Source of the DNA: an uncultured delta proteobacterium
GTDB lineage: Bacteria; Myxococcota_A; Polyangia; Polyangiales; B10-G4
DNA length: 64,000 bases
Assembly: GCA_963727445.1 (NCBI GenBank)
Contig: CAVSGI010000009.1
Coordinates: 736,001 to 800,000, forward strand
Direction: 5' to 3'
The position numbers and the translations under genes were made by a program. The notes under the pieces are model-generated. The model was not told where the DNA came from. It was given only the letters and a program-made list of their open reading frames with translations, and searched no databases. Shown piece after piece: positions 24,565 to 34,645 of this stretch (position 1 is its first letter; the number at the start of each line of letters is the position of its first letter).

Positions 24565-25026
24565 CTATTCGGCCGGTTCGGCGATGGGCACGGCTTCGGG
24601 AAAGAGGCGCTCGACCAGATCGGCCAGGGTGTCGCCGCGGAACGGCTTGATCAGGGTCTCCACCACGCCCGCGAGGCGGGCGGCGATGTGGAGCTCCTCG
24701 GTCTCTTCGCTCGCCATGAGGACCACGGGGATCTGCGGGTGCTTTTCGCGGAGCACGGTCGCGACCTCGAGGCCGTTCATCCCGGGGAGCTCTTCGTCGA
24801 CGAGGATCAGGTCCACCGGCCACTGGGAGACCAGGGCCAGGGCGCCATCACCGCTGCTGGTGCCCACCACGCGGTGACCCTGCACCGTGAGCATGCGGGC
24901 CAAGGTCCACTGCAGGTCCGGGTCGTCCTCGACGACGAGGATCCCACCGAGCAGCGGCGCGACCGACTTCGCGGCGCGCACGGCCCCCTGTAGCTTCCTC
25001 CGGTCCCCTCTGGACATCTCGGTCAA
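24565..25026 (-). CDS. Single-domain response regulator (receiver)
   Basis: ILVVEDD, DLILVD (phospho-Asp), LPGMNG, LIKPF; start may be 25017. Confidence 0.9.
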   Translation of the reverse strand: MTEMSRGDRRKLQGAVRAAKSVAPLLGGILVVEDDPDLQWTLARMLTVQGHRVVGTSSGDGALALVSQWPVDLILVDEELPGMNGLEVATVLREKHPQIPVVLMASEETEELHIAARLAGVVETLIKPFRGDTLADLVERLFPEAVPIAEPAE

Positions 25027-25299
25027 CGAACCCCCCTCATCGGACCGCTCCCGCTTGGCCCTCGTTTCCCGACCTCCGACACGCGAGGCAAACGAACTAT
25101 TCCCGCCGTTGCCCGATGAAGTAAGTGGGGAAGGAGGTCGTGTTTATAGTCGCCGTTCGTGCTTTGCGCAACGGGTTTCTCAATACTTCTGCAAACCTAC
25201 GAAATTTCCGCCCCCGGCTCTCCCCCAGAGCCGAAAAGGCCTGGCCCCGCCTGCTCCACGCGGTTGGCGGGGGGCTGGCCCTCGGGCTACCGTCCCCCC

Positions 25300-26040
25300 G
25301 TGCGTCCGCCCCCATTGCCCCAGCAGGTCGACGTCCTTTCGGGGATCCTCGAACAGATCCCCGTGCTTCGCGAGAACGGGGGCGAGCCCGTGGTCGTCTT
25401 CGACCTCGACGGAACGCTCTACGACAACCGGCCGCGCACCCTGGCGATCCTCGCCGAGTACGCCGACGACGTACGCGCCGAGTACCCGGACGTGGCCGAG
25501 CAGCTCGATCAACTCGACGTCGAGCGCCTGCACTACCTCTTGAGCAACACCCTGCGCGAGGTGGGGCTCACCCACGTCGACGTGGTGCGCGACATCACCA
25601 AGTTCTGGCGCGAGCGCTACTTCCACGACGACTACCTCGCGCACGACATCCCCTTCGACGGCGCGCCCGAGTTCGTCACCGCCTGCTACGAGTCGGGCGC
25701 GGGCATTCTCTATCTCGGCGGCCGCGACATCCCGAGCATGCTCCTGGGTACGGTGGCCAGCCTTCGCGATCACAACTTCCCCATCGGCGTCGTGGGCGTG
25801 CAGCTGGTGCTGAAACCGGACGCGACGATGGGTGACGAGGCCTTCAAGCGCTCCGCGATCCCCACGCTCGGGCTGATCGGCGACACCATCGCCTTCTTCG
25901 ACAACGAGCCCGCGAACTGCAACCTCGCCAAAGAGCATTTCCCGGACGCCTACGTCGCGCTGGTGGAGACGCAGAAGGTGCCGGGCGCACCCGATCCCGA
26001 CGCGGGGCTGCATCACGTGACGGATTTTCGGACGTTCTGA
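25300..26040 (+). CDS. HAD-superfamily phosphatase-like protein
   Basis: VVVFDLDGTLYD motif I, LYLGGR motif II region, FK motif III, FFDNEPAN motif IV; GTG start inferred within track ORF 25159..26040. Confidence 0.85.
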   Translation: MRPPPLPQQVDVLSGILEQIPVLRENGGEPVVVFDLDGTLYDNRPRTLAILAEYADDVRAEYPDVAEQLDQLDVERLHYLLSNTLREVGLTHVDVVRDITKFWRERYFHDDYLAHDIPFDGAPEFVTACYESGAGILYLGGRDIPSMLLGTVASLRDHNFPIGVVGVQLVLKPDATMGDEAFKRSAIPTLGLIGDTIAFFDNEPANCNLAKEHFPDAYVALVETQKVPGAPDPDAGLHHVTDFRTF

Positions 26041-26069
26041 CCGAGCGCTCTGGTACGCTTCGAGCGTAC

Positions 26070-28353
26070 GTGCGCGCTCTGTTCTCGTTGCTGCTCGTCG
26101 CTGTCTGGTCGGCCGCCTGCTCCGACCCGCCGACGAGCGATGACGGAGGCGCCATGGGAGACGCGGCGGTCGATGCGGCCACCGGGCCTGCCGCCCCCGC
26201 TGAGCCGATGCCGCCCGCCGCGCCGGCGCAATCGTCGCGGTCTTGCCCGACCGGCTGGGTCGAGGGCGCCGCGGGCTGCGCGCCCTTCGCCACCGAGCCG
26301 ACTTGCATGGGCGCCGAAGCCGCCCTCGTCGGGGAAGCGGCCTGCGTGGCGGTCGGCGGCGCCTGCCCGTCGGGAGACTTCGCCGATCCGCCTGCCTCCG
26401 GTGAGGTGATCTACGTCAGCGCCAGCGCTTCGGCGCCCGGTGACGGCTCGGCGGCCTCGCCCTACGACCAGCTCTGGCGCGCCATCGCGCGTGCCACGGC
26501 GGGATCCACCATCCTCCTTTCGAAGGGAGAGCACCTCGGTCACGCCGAGCTCCCGCCGGGCGTGCATCTGCGCGGAGCCTGCGCGGCCGAGACCACGCTT
26601 CGCGCCGACACAGCCGACCTGATCTATCCGACCCTCATCGTGAACGGGGCCGATTCGGCGGTCTCGGATTCTCACGATCACCGGTGACCGCGCCGGCATC
26701 GCCGCGATCGGCGCGGCCGCCAGCGTGACGGTTCGAGGCGTCGTCCTCGAGTCGGTCGTCGCCCTCGGGCTCATCGCTCAGGGGGGGACGGTGGACGCGG
26801 CGGAGGTGATCGTGCGCGGGTCGCGTGCTGTCGGCGGCAGCCCGGGCCGGGGCGTGGACGCCATCCGTGACGGGACGCTCTCGCTCAGTCGTTCGCTGAT
26901 CGAATCGACCGACGGGGCGGGGTCGCTCTTCGGATCGGGGGCGCAGGTGACGATCACCGACGTCCTCTATCGTGACACGGGCCCGAGCGCGATCGGTGTG
27001 CAGGAGGGGGCCGTGGTGAGCCTTTCACGCGTGGCCATGCTTCGCGCAACCGACGTGGGCTTCAACGCCAACAACGACGGAACGATGGTGACGGTCGAGG
27101 ACGTCTACGTCGCCGGAGATGGGATGACCGCCGATCGCGGCATGGGGCTCGGCGTGGGCGCGCAGCTCGAGGCGACCGGTGTGTACCTCGAGCACATCGG
27201 TGAATTCGCCCTGTTCGTGACGGACGCGGGCTCGGCGGCGACGATCAGTGACGTGTATGTCGCCGACGCGGAAGGGCGCGCCTTGAACGCTCAGCGCGGA
27301 GGCTCGATCGATGCCCAGCTCGTCGCTCTGTCGGACGTCCGCGACGTCACGGTGCTCGCTTCGTCGGAGGGCAGCATCACGATCTCGGACACGACCATCG
27401 ACGGATCCGGGCGCGGGCTTCGCGCGCAGACCGCGGGCACTCTCCAAGCGAGCCGCGTGCGACTGACCGGCGTCGTGCAGGACGCCATCCAGTCCAGCGA
27501 CGAAGGCACCACCGTGGTGGTGGAGGACCTCGACGTGCAGGGCGGTACGCCCGGTATGGACACGGCGCGCGGAGGGGCGGCCTTCAGCGGATCGAGCCTC
27601 ACCGTCCGTCGGGCCGTCGTTCGTGACGCCGTCTGGGGCGGATTTTCGGTCCATGGGCCCACCAGCACCGTGCGGCTCGAGGACGCGGTGATCGAGGACA
27701 TCGAGAGCTACTTCGACGGCACCGCAGGATATGGGCTCGCCGCCCTCGAAGGAACGCTCGACGCCGAGCGGGTGCGCATCACGAACGCCCACACGATGGG
27801 AGTCGGTACGGGCTTCGGGGCCCACGTCACCCTCACCGACGTGTTCGTGAGCGGCACGCAGTCGGAGCCGGCGAGCGGGCTCTGGGGGCGCGCCGTCAGC
27901 GCCCAGGGGCCCGACGACATGCTCACGGTCGTGCGGGGCGTCTTCGAGGACAGCATCGCCGCCGGCGTCTTCGCCGGCACGTCGACCTTCGACCTTCGGG
28001 ACATCGTGATTCGCACCACCAAGCGGCGCGACTGCATGGCGGTCCGGTGCGCCGAGGAAGGCGGCGTCGGCCTCGTGTCCTACTACGATGCGAGCGTCCA
28101 TCTCGAATCCTTCCTCCTCACGGACAACGACATCGCTGGTGCGCAGCTCGGGGAGGGTGGGGAGCTGGACCTCGTCGACGGTGTGGTCAGCAACCAGCCC
28201 ATCGGCGTCAGCATCCAGACCCCGGGCTACGATTTCGGACGCCTGACCGACAGCGTTCGCTACGAGGACAACGGATCGAATCTCGACACCAACGACCTGC
28301 CCGTTCCGCAGACGAGCACCATCGCCAGCACGGACGAGCCGCCCGAGGACTGA
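26070..28353 (+). CDS. Lipoprotein with right-handed parallel beta-helix repeats; one extra base near 26669
   Basis: Lipobox SAAC, Cys-rich N-region, IYVSASASAPGDGSAASPY motif, long beta-helix repeats. Track ORFs 26070..26687 and 26725..28353 join if one T of 26669-26670 is removed. Confidence 0.82.
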
Positions 28354-28394
28354 AGCGCCGACAACTCACGGCGCTGCCGTAGACTCGGGGTGGC

Positions 28395-30065
28395 ATGCCT
28401 TCCGACCCGAGCGACGACCGCATCGGCACCCTCATCGGTGGGCGCTACCGCATCGAGCGTCGCCTCGGCGCTGGGGGCATGGGTGAGGTCTACGTCGCGC
28501 TGGACACGCGTGAAGAGGTGGAGGTCGCCATCAAGCTCCTCAACCCCGCGCTCGCCAACGAAGAGCAGTACCTGGAGCGCTTTCTCCGGGAGGCCGAGGT
28601 CACGTCCCTCCTCGATCATCCACACGTGGTGAAGGCGATCGACTCGGGGACGCACGACGATGGATCGCCCTACCTCGTGATGGAGCTGGTAGCCGGCAAG
28701 TCGCTTTCGGCCTACATGCGCGAGAGAAATGGTGAGCCCCTCGATCTTCCCATCGTGATCTCGATCGCGCGTCAGATCGCCTCCGCCCTCGCCGCCGCCG
28801 CCGAGATCAACGTCATCCACCGTGACCTCAAGCCGGCCAACGTGATGATCGCCGAAGCACCAGGCGGCGAGCTCCGCGTGAAGGTGCTCGACTTCGGCAT
28901 CGCGCGTTTCCTCCGGAGCCCGACGTATCAGACGCTCACCATGACCGGGCAGGTGCTCGGAACGCCCGCCTACATGTCGCCCGAGCAGGCCTTCGGCGAG
29001 CGCGTCGACCTCACGACCGACATCTACTCCCTGGGGGCCATCCTGCACGCGCTCCTGACGGGGGAGCCGCCCCATGGCCGCGGCCCGGAAGTGCTCGCGC
29101 GTCTCCTCGCTGGGGAGCGAGAGCGCCTCACCGAAGTCCGGCCCGACCTCGGCCCGGCGGCAGCGGTCATCGAGCGTTGTCTCGCTCCCGCGCCGGCCGA
29201 TCGCTATCCGAGCGCCGAGGCCCTGGACCGGGATCTCGCCTCGCTCGAGCGAGAGGGAAGCAGGACCGTGGTGGATTGGGTTCGGCCCGACATCCTTCCC
29301 TCGCTGATTCTCGACCGCGACTCGGTGCTGGACACCACCCCTGCTCCTGACCTCGGGGCGGCTCCCTCGCCAGCGCCTCGGGGGCGGGCTCTGCGCCCGT
29401 CGGCGCGACGCGCGCCTTTCGTGTCTTCGGAGCGAAGGCGCTTCGGGTGGTGGATCGCGTTGGCGCTGCTCTCCGTGGTAGCGGGCGTCCTGGTGGTGAT
29501 GGTGCTCTTCGGTGAGGGGCGAGACAGCACGCACACGGGCGAGCCGGTGCCGGTCTTGCCCGTCATGATCCACGGGGCGGGCGTCGACGCCGGGGCACAG
29601 AGCGCGACGGCGCCGGAGCTTCGAGACGCGACCACCGACGACGGCGCCCTCGCAGCGGATGCCGCCGCGGCGGATTCTTCCGCCGAAGAAGTCACGCGAG
29701 CTCCCCACTGCCCCGGCGACACCGACTGGCACGCCCTCATCGAAGACGGAAACGACAACTACATCTCTGCCGCCGAGTCGCGGATTGAACCGGGCATCAT
29801 CGCCATCAACGCGCGCTGCTATTCGACGCGCAGCGTGCCCACGGAGTCGACCCTTCGCTTCGGCGTCGACCGCAGCTACCACGTCACCCACCTGCGCTTC
29901 ACCGATCCCGGCAGGTTGAACGCGGCGGAGCGCGCCTGCGTGTTGCGCTCCTTGCGCCACGACACCAGGTTCGAGCCCTTCGTCAGCGGTGTCTTCACCT
30001 TCGACTTCGTCGGCAAGTCTCTGGTCTTGCGCCTCGACCACCGCCCGGCCTGCGGCGCTCGTTGA
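28395..30065 (+). CDS. Membrane Ser/Thr protein kinase with C-terminal extracytoplasmic domain
   Basis: LGAGGMGEVY, AIKLL, HRDLKPAN, DFG, GTPAYMSPE; TM WWIALALLSVVAGVLVVMVLF. Confidence 0.93.
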   Translation: MPSDPSDDRIGTLIGGRYRIERRLGAGGMGEVYVALDTREEVEVAIKLLNPALANEEQYLERFLREAEVTSLLDHPHVVKAIDSGTHDDGSPYLVMELVAGKSLSAYMRERNGEPLDLPIVISIARQIASALAAAAEINVIHRDLKPANVMIAEAPGGELRVKVLDFGIARFLRSPTYQTLTMTGQVLGTPAYMSPEQAFGERVDLTTDIYSLGAILHALLTGEPPHGRGPEVLARLLAGERERLTEVRPDLGPAAAVIERCLAPAPADRYPSAEALDRDLASLEREGSRTVVDWVRPDILPSLILDRDSVLDTTPAPDLGAAPSPAPRGRALRPSARRAPFVSSERRRFGWWIALALLSVVAGVLVVMVLFGEGRDSTHTGEPVPVLPVMIHGAGVDAGAQSATAPELRDATTDDGALAADAAAADSSAEEVTRAPHCPGDTDWHALIEDGNDNYISAAESRIEPGIIAINARCYSTRSVPTESTLRFGVDRSYHVTHLRFTDPGRLNAAERACVLRSLRHDTRFEPFVSGVFTFDFVGKSLVLRLDHRPACGAR

Positions 30066-30067
30066 CC

Positions 30068-31348
30068 TCAATGGACGATCGCGGTCTCGCTCAGGTCCTT
30101 GCCCTTCGTCTCGGGGAGCATCGCGTAGATCATCCCGATGGCGACGATGGGGAAGATGGCGGTGACCTGTAGCACCGGACCCCAGGCGCCCACCGACTCG
30201 GCGATGACGCCCACCAGGCCCGGGGAGAGCACGTAGCCGATGCGGCCGATGAGGTTGTTCGACCACGCGAAGGCGTCGCCGCGGAGATCGGTGGGGAAGA
30301 GCTCCGTGTTGTAGGCGTTGAGCACCGGCATGGGGGCGCTCGCGCCGAAGATGCCGAAGACCAGGGCGATGGTCAGGGGGATCATGCCGTGGAGCGTGTA
30401 GGCGAAGAAGACGCCGGCGGCGCCGGCTGTGAAGATGACGGCCGCTCCGTGTCGGCGGCCGATCACGTCGATCAGACGCCCGGCGAAGAAGATCAAGGGC
30501 ATGGCGCCGAGGGCGGCGATGCTGATCGCCATGCCCACCTCCCCGTCGGTCAGGCCGGCTTCTCCGACGGCGTACTCCTTCCAGAAGGAGACGCCGTTCT
30601 GAGTGCACAGGTAGGTCGTGAACCAGATCGCGCCGAGCTGCAGGACACGCTTCTTGTGCGGCGTGCGAAAGACGTGGAAGAGGCTCCGGTGTTCTCGCAC
30701 CGCGGTCCCGACTTCGTCCTCGAAGCGCTTGGTCTCTCGGAGGTTGCGGCGCGCGAAGGCGAGGATGATCAGAGGCGCGACGCCCACGAAGTAGATCGTG
30801 CGCCATCCCCAGTCGGTGCCGTGGGGGAGCCAGAGGAAGCCGGGGCCGTCGACGGGCGCGAGCTTCTTCAGCACGGGGACGACGCCGGCGCAGATGATCG
30901 CGCCCAGGCTCACGAAGGCCTGGATCACGCCGATCACCATGCCGCGCCTCGCCGCGGGGAATTCCTCGGCCGCGATCACCATGCTGGTGGCCCATTCGGC
31001 GATCAAGAAGACGCGCGCCACGAGCTGGAGCCCGCCGAAGATCCACACGTTGGGCGCGAGCCCGCTCAGCCCGGTGAAGACGGTGTAGCCGGCGATGGTC
31101 ACCGTGAGCACGCGGCGGCGGCCCCACGCGTCTGCCTTTCGGATCAGGAGGTAGGCGATGACGGTTCCGGCGTTGATCACGCCGAGGAGCAGCCCACCGC
31201 CGGCGCGGTCGAGGCCGAAGTCCGCGCGCAGCTCCGGGAGGATCTGCGTGAGGGCCATGAAGTCGTAGCCCTCGAAGAAGGTCGCGACGCTCAGGAAGAC
31301 GAAGAGACGTTTCTGGTAGGCGTCGAGGGTGAAGGGGACCTTGGGCAC
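30068..31348 (-). CDS. MFS transporter
   Basis: About 12 hydrophobic segments; ADAWGRR and IDVIGRR motifs; ELFPTDLRG; C-terminal LPETKG. Confidence 0.92.
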   Translation of the reverse strand: MPKVPFTLDAYQKRLFVFLSVATFFEGYDFMALTQILPELRADFGLDRAGGGLLLGVINAGTVIAYLLIRKADAWGRRRVLTVTIAGYTVFTGLSGLAPNVWIFGGLQLVARVFLIAEWATSMVIAAEEFPAARRGMVIGVIQAFVSLGAIICAGVVPVLKKLAPVDGPGFLWLPHGTDWGWRTIYFVGVAPLIILAFARRNLRETKRFEDEVGTAVREHRSLFHVFRTPHKKRVLQLGAIWFTTYLCTQNGVSFWKEYAVGEAGLTDGEVGMAISIAALGAMPLIFFAGRLIDVIGRRHGAAVIFTAGAAGVFFAYTLHGMIPLTIALVFGIFGASAPMPVLNAYNTELFPTDLRGDAFAWSNNLIGRIGYVLSPGLVGVIAESVGAWGPVLQVTAIFPIVAIGMIYAMLPETKGKDLSETAIVH

Positions 31349-31452
31349 GATGGCGGCGAGGGTAGGGCAGAGCGAGGGCGGCGTCGCGCATTTCTCGACC
31401 GCGCGCCCGCTGTTCTGCGACAGTGATGAACACGGTTCACCTCGGAGGAACG

Positions 31453-31984
31453 ATGACCCGCTGCCTGATCGCGTTCGTGCTCTCGCTCACCCTCGTCGGC
31501 TGTGGTGACGATGGTGCCCCGTCGGACTCCAGCACCGGGAGTGACACCGGCGCCGCGGGCGACACCGGCGACCGCGGGCGACACCGGGACCGCGGGCGAC
31601 ACCGGGACCGCGGGCGACACCGGGACCGCAGGCGACACCGGGACCGCGGGCGACACCAGCACCACCGGGGATGCAAGCGCCATGATGGGTGCTTGCACGA
31701 ACGCCGCGGACATGGCCGTCGTCGACTCCATGGACATCGCGGCTGCTGCGGAGGGCTGTGGCCGCGACTGCTTCGGCGGCGCGATGTGCGTCACCAACTG
31801 CATGCGCGACGACGTCGGGCTCTCGATGGATTGCGCGAGCTGCTTCGGCGACACCGCGGGCTGCACCCTCGACAACTGCCTCACCCAGTGCCTGGGCACC
31901 GACGAAGCGGCTTGCACGATGTGCCGCCGGGACGCGGGCTGCATCGACTCCTTCGAGATGTGCTCGGGGCTGCCCGGCTCCTGA
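31453..31984 (+). CDS. Lipoprotein with (DTGTAG)n linker and Cys/Met-rich domain; one extra base near 31569
   Basis: GGAGG RBS; MTRCLIAFVLSLTLVGC-GDDG; continues in the frame of track ORF 31502..31984 (CxxxC-rich domain). Confidence 0.8.
31543..31669 (+). repeat. 18-bp coding tandem repeat GACACCGGGACCGCGGGC, about 7 copies
   Basis: Units start at 31543, 31561 (19 nt, carries the extra C), 31580, 31598, 31616, 31634, 31652. Confidence 0.9.
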
Positions 31985-32015
31985 AGCACGGCGCGGCCCT
32001 TGCACCCCCGAGGGC

Positions 32016-33485
32016 ATGCGCGCTCCCCATCGCGGCGCACTTCGCGCCCCTCTCACGATTCTCCTCGCGCTCGTCGCCTCCTGTGCCTACGGAGGCGACG
32101 CGCCGTCGTCTCACGGAGGTAGCACTCCGTCGGTGACCCCGGACCCCACCGTCGACCCACCGGATCCGGTCGAGACGAGCGACGCGGGACCCGCCACGTC
32201 GCCCACGCTGACTTCGTGTCCGGCCGATGCCGCGGCGCGCTTCGCGATGGTGATGACCGAGGCGGGGTCGCTCCTCGAGGCCGCAGGCGTGCCGGGCGGT
32301 GTGCTCACCGTCGTGTGTGCCGGGCGGCCGGCGCTGGTCGCCGGGCTGGGGACGCGTCGTCAGGGCAGCACCGACGCGGTCACCGCCGACACGCGCTTTC
32401 AATGGGCGTCGATGACCAAGATGTTCACCGCCGCGACGGCCCTGTCGCTGGCCGGCGACGGGATGGTCTCGCTCGATGCGCCACTCGCGGACTACCTGCC
32501 CCGCACGCACTGGAGCGGGCTCACGCTCGGTCATCTGTTGACGCACACGGGCGGCTTCCCCACCGAATTCGCTCAGAACAGCGCCGACCTCACCACCGTC
32601 GTCGACCGCAACGCCAGCATGCAGCTCTGGGCCGAGCCGGGCGCGGTGTGGAACTACAGCAACCCGGGCTACGCGGTGGCGGGGCGCGCCCTCGAGGTCG
32701 CCGCGGGCGACGCCTACGCGCAGCTCGTCCGTTCGCGCGTCCTCGATCCGCTCGGCATGACGGCGACGATGGACGTCGCGGAAGTGGAGTCCGGCGAGTT
32801 CGCCTACGGCCACACGCGGGATGCGGGTTACTCCGGGCCCATCGGGCCGCGCGATTCGTATTTCGACACCACCTACTACCAGCCCATGGGCGGGCTCTGG
32901 GGCAGCGGCAACGACTTCGCCCGCTGGGCGGAGGCGCACATGGGCGACGACGCGTCGCTCCGCGCGATGCACGAGCCACGGGCGCAGACCACCGGGGCCG
33001 ACACGAAGATGGGCTATGGGATGTTCATCGAGACGTCGGAGCCGCGCTGGGTCCATCACGGTGGCTCGGCGCCCGGTTTCGGCGGCGACTTCGACGTCCT
33101 TCCCGATGCCGGATTCGCGGTCGCCGTGGCGGTCAACGCCGACTGGTACGACCCCTCGGAGATCGTCGACGCGGTGATGACGCGCTTCGAGATCACCGTG
33201 GACTGGCAGGAGGACAGCTGGACGCGCGGACCCGAGGCCGCCGACCGCTACGTCGGCGTCTATCAGGCGGTGAGCGAGCTCGGCCGCGTCGAGGTCACCG
33301 CCTCCGGCGGCCGCCTCTACGCCAGCATCGCCGGCGGCGCGCGAAGCGAGCTCAGCTGGGTCTGGGGCGACTCCTTCGAGGTCCCCTTCGGCGGCGACCA
33401 GATCGATCTCAACTTCTGGCGTGACTCCGACGCGGCGTCCGCGAGCTACGTGGTCTCGCTCTGGGGCGTAGCGCGGCGACAGTGA
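32016..33485 (+). CDS. Serine hydrolase, beta-lactamase class C/AmpC-like family, probable lipoprotein
   Basis: Lipobox VASC; SxxK (WASMTK), LLTHTGG, YSN, HHGG. Confidence 0.9.
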   Translation: MRAPHRGALRAPLTILLALVASCAYGGDAPSSHGGSTPSVTPDPTVDPPDPVETSDAGPATSPTLTSCPADAAARFAMVMTEAGSLLEAAGVPGGVLTVVCAGRPALVAGLGTRRQGSTDAVTADTRFQWASMTKMFTAATALSLAGDGMVSLDAPLADYLPRTHWSGLTLGHLLTHTGGFPTEFAQNSADLTTVVDRNASMQLWAEPGAVWNYSNPGYAVAGRALEVAAGDAYAQLVRSRVLDPLGMTATMDVAEVESGEFAYGHTRDAGYSGPIGPRDSYFDTTYYQPMGGLWGSGNDFARWAEAHMGDDASLRAMHEPRAQTTGADTKMGYGMFIETSEPRWVHHGGSAPGFGGDFDVLPDAGFAVAVAVNADWYDPSEIVDAVMTRFEITVDWQEDSWTRGPEAADRYVGVYQAVSELGRVEVTASGGRLYASIAGGARSELSWVWGDSFEVPFGGDQIDLNFWRDSDAASASYVVSLWGVARRQ

Positions 33486-33539
33486 GCTTTGTGCCTGACG
33501 CCCGTCGCGATCTCCCCTTCCACCTCATTGGACCAGGCA

Positions 33540-34502
33540 CTAGCGGTGTTCGAGCGCGATGGCGAGCTCTTCGGGGCGTCCCCACTCGCGCGCGAGATCG
33601 GCTGCGGTCTTCCCTTCGAGGTCCCTGAGCGAAGGGTCGAGGCCGGCGGCGAGCAGCGGTGCCATGAGCGCCCGCGCTACGTGCGGATCGAAGCCGTAGG
33701 CGAGGTGGTGCAGCACGGTGCGGCCCTCTTCGGTTCTCGCGTTCGGATCGGCGCCCGCGTCACAGAGAACCTCCATCAGCGCGGCGCGCTCGCTCAGATC
33801 CTGACAACTCCCCGACGGGATGACGAAGACCAGCGGCCCCCGACCCAACGCGTCTTGCTGATTGGGATCGGCGCCCCGGCGCAAGAGAAGCTCGACCAGA
33901 GGTCGGTTCATGCTCGAGCAGGCCACGGTCAGAGGCGTGTCTCCATATCGCTCCGCGGACGCGTCGGGATCGACGCCGCGATCGAGGAGCTCTTCGACCC
34001 GCTCGAACCGACCCCTCCGCGCCGCGGCGAAGAGCAGCTTCGCGCCGTCCAGCGGGCGCAGCTCGACTCCGGCGGCGTTCAAGTGATCGAGGAGCGCGTC
34101 GCAAGCCGGATCCGCACGATACGCCTCTTGGGTGCTCAGCTCCGCCTGGTAGAGCAGGTTCGGAAGATCGGCCGCCTCCCCCAGGTCGACCGCGAGGTCT
34201 CGATGCAGAGCGACAATCTCCTCGGGCTCACCGCCGTCGATCAGGAGGTCGATCTGGCCACTGGCGATGGTGAACCAGACCTCGAGCCTTCCCTCCGCCC
34301 GGGAACGCCAGAGCCATTTCACGCTCTTGGCCGAAGCCGACCACATCCCGTGGTCGGGCGGCGAGGTCGACACGTCGACCTGGAGGTCGAACCGCGCCTC
34401 GGGGCTCGTCGCATGGCGCTCGAGGATCTCGACGATGCGCTTCAGCAGCGCTTCGGCGTCTGCCGGGTCCGGGGGGGCGTCGATGGGGAAATGCAGGTAC
34501 AT
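33540..34502 (-). CDS. Ankyrin repeat protein
   Basis: GDTPLTVAC...LLLRRGADPN, GRTVLHHLA, RDLEGKTAADLA. Confidence 0.85.
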   Translation of the reverse strand: MYLHFPIDAPPDPADAEALLKRIVEILERHATSPEARFDLQVDVSTSPPDHGMWSASAKSVKWLWRSRAEGRLEVWFTIASGQIDLLIDGGEPEEIVALHRDLAVDLGEAADLPNLLYQAELSTQEAYRADPACDALLDHLNAAGVELRPLDGAKLLFAAARRGRFERVEELLDRGVDPDASAERYGDTPLTVACSSMNRPLVELLLRRGADPNQQDALGRGPLVFVIPSGSCQDLSERAALMEVLCDAGADPNARTEEGRTVLHHLAYGFDPHVARALMAPLLAAGLDPSLRDLEGKTAADLAREWGRPEELAIALEHR

Positions 34503-34645
34503 GAGAGTCGATCGCTTCGGGCGATGCTCTCATGGCGCGGCGACTCGTCCCCGCCTTGGCCGACCTCCTGCGCGAGATGTGATCCATCATCCCACCTCGC
34601 TCGTAGAGCCTCCGCAAGCGGCGGAATCGCCGCAGGAGGCACCCG

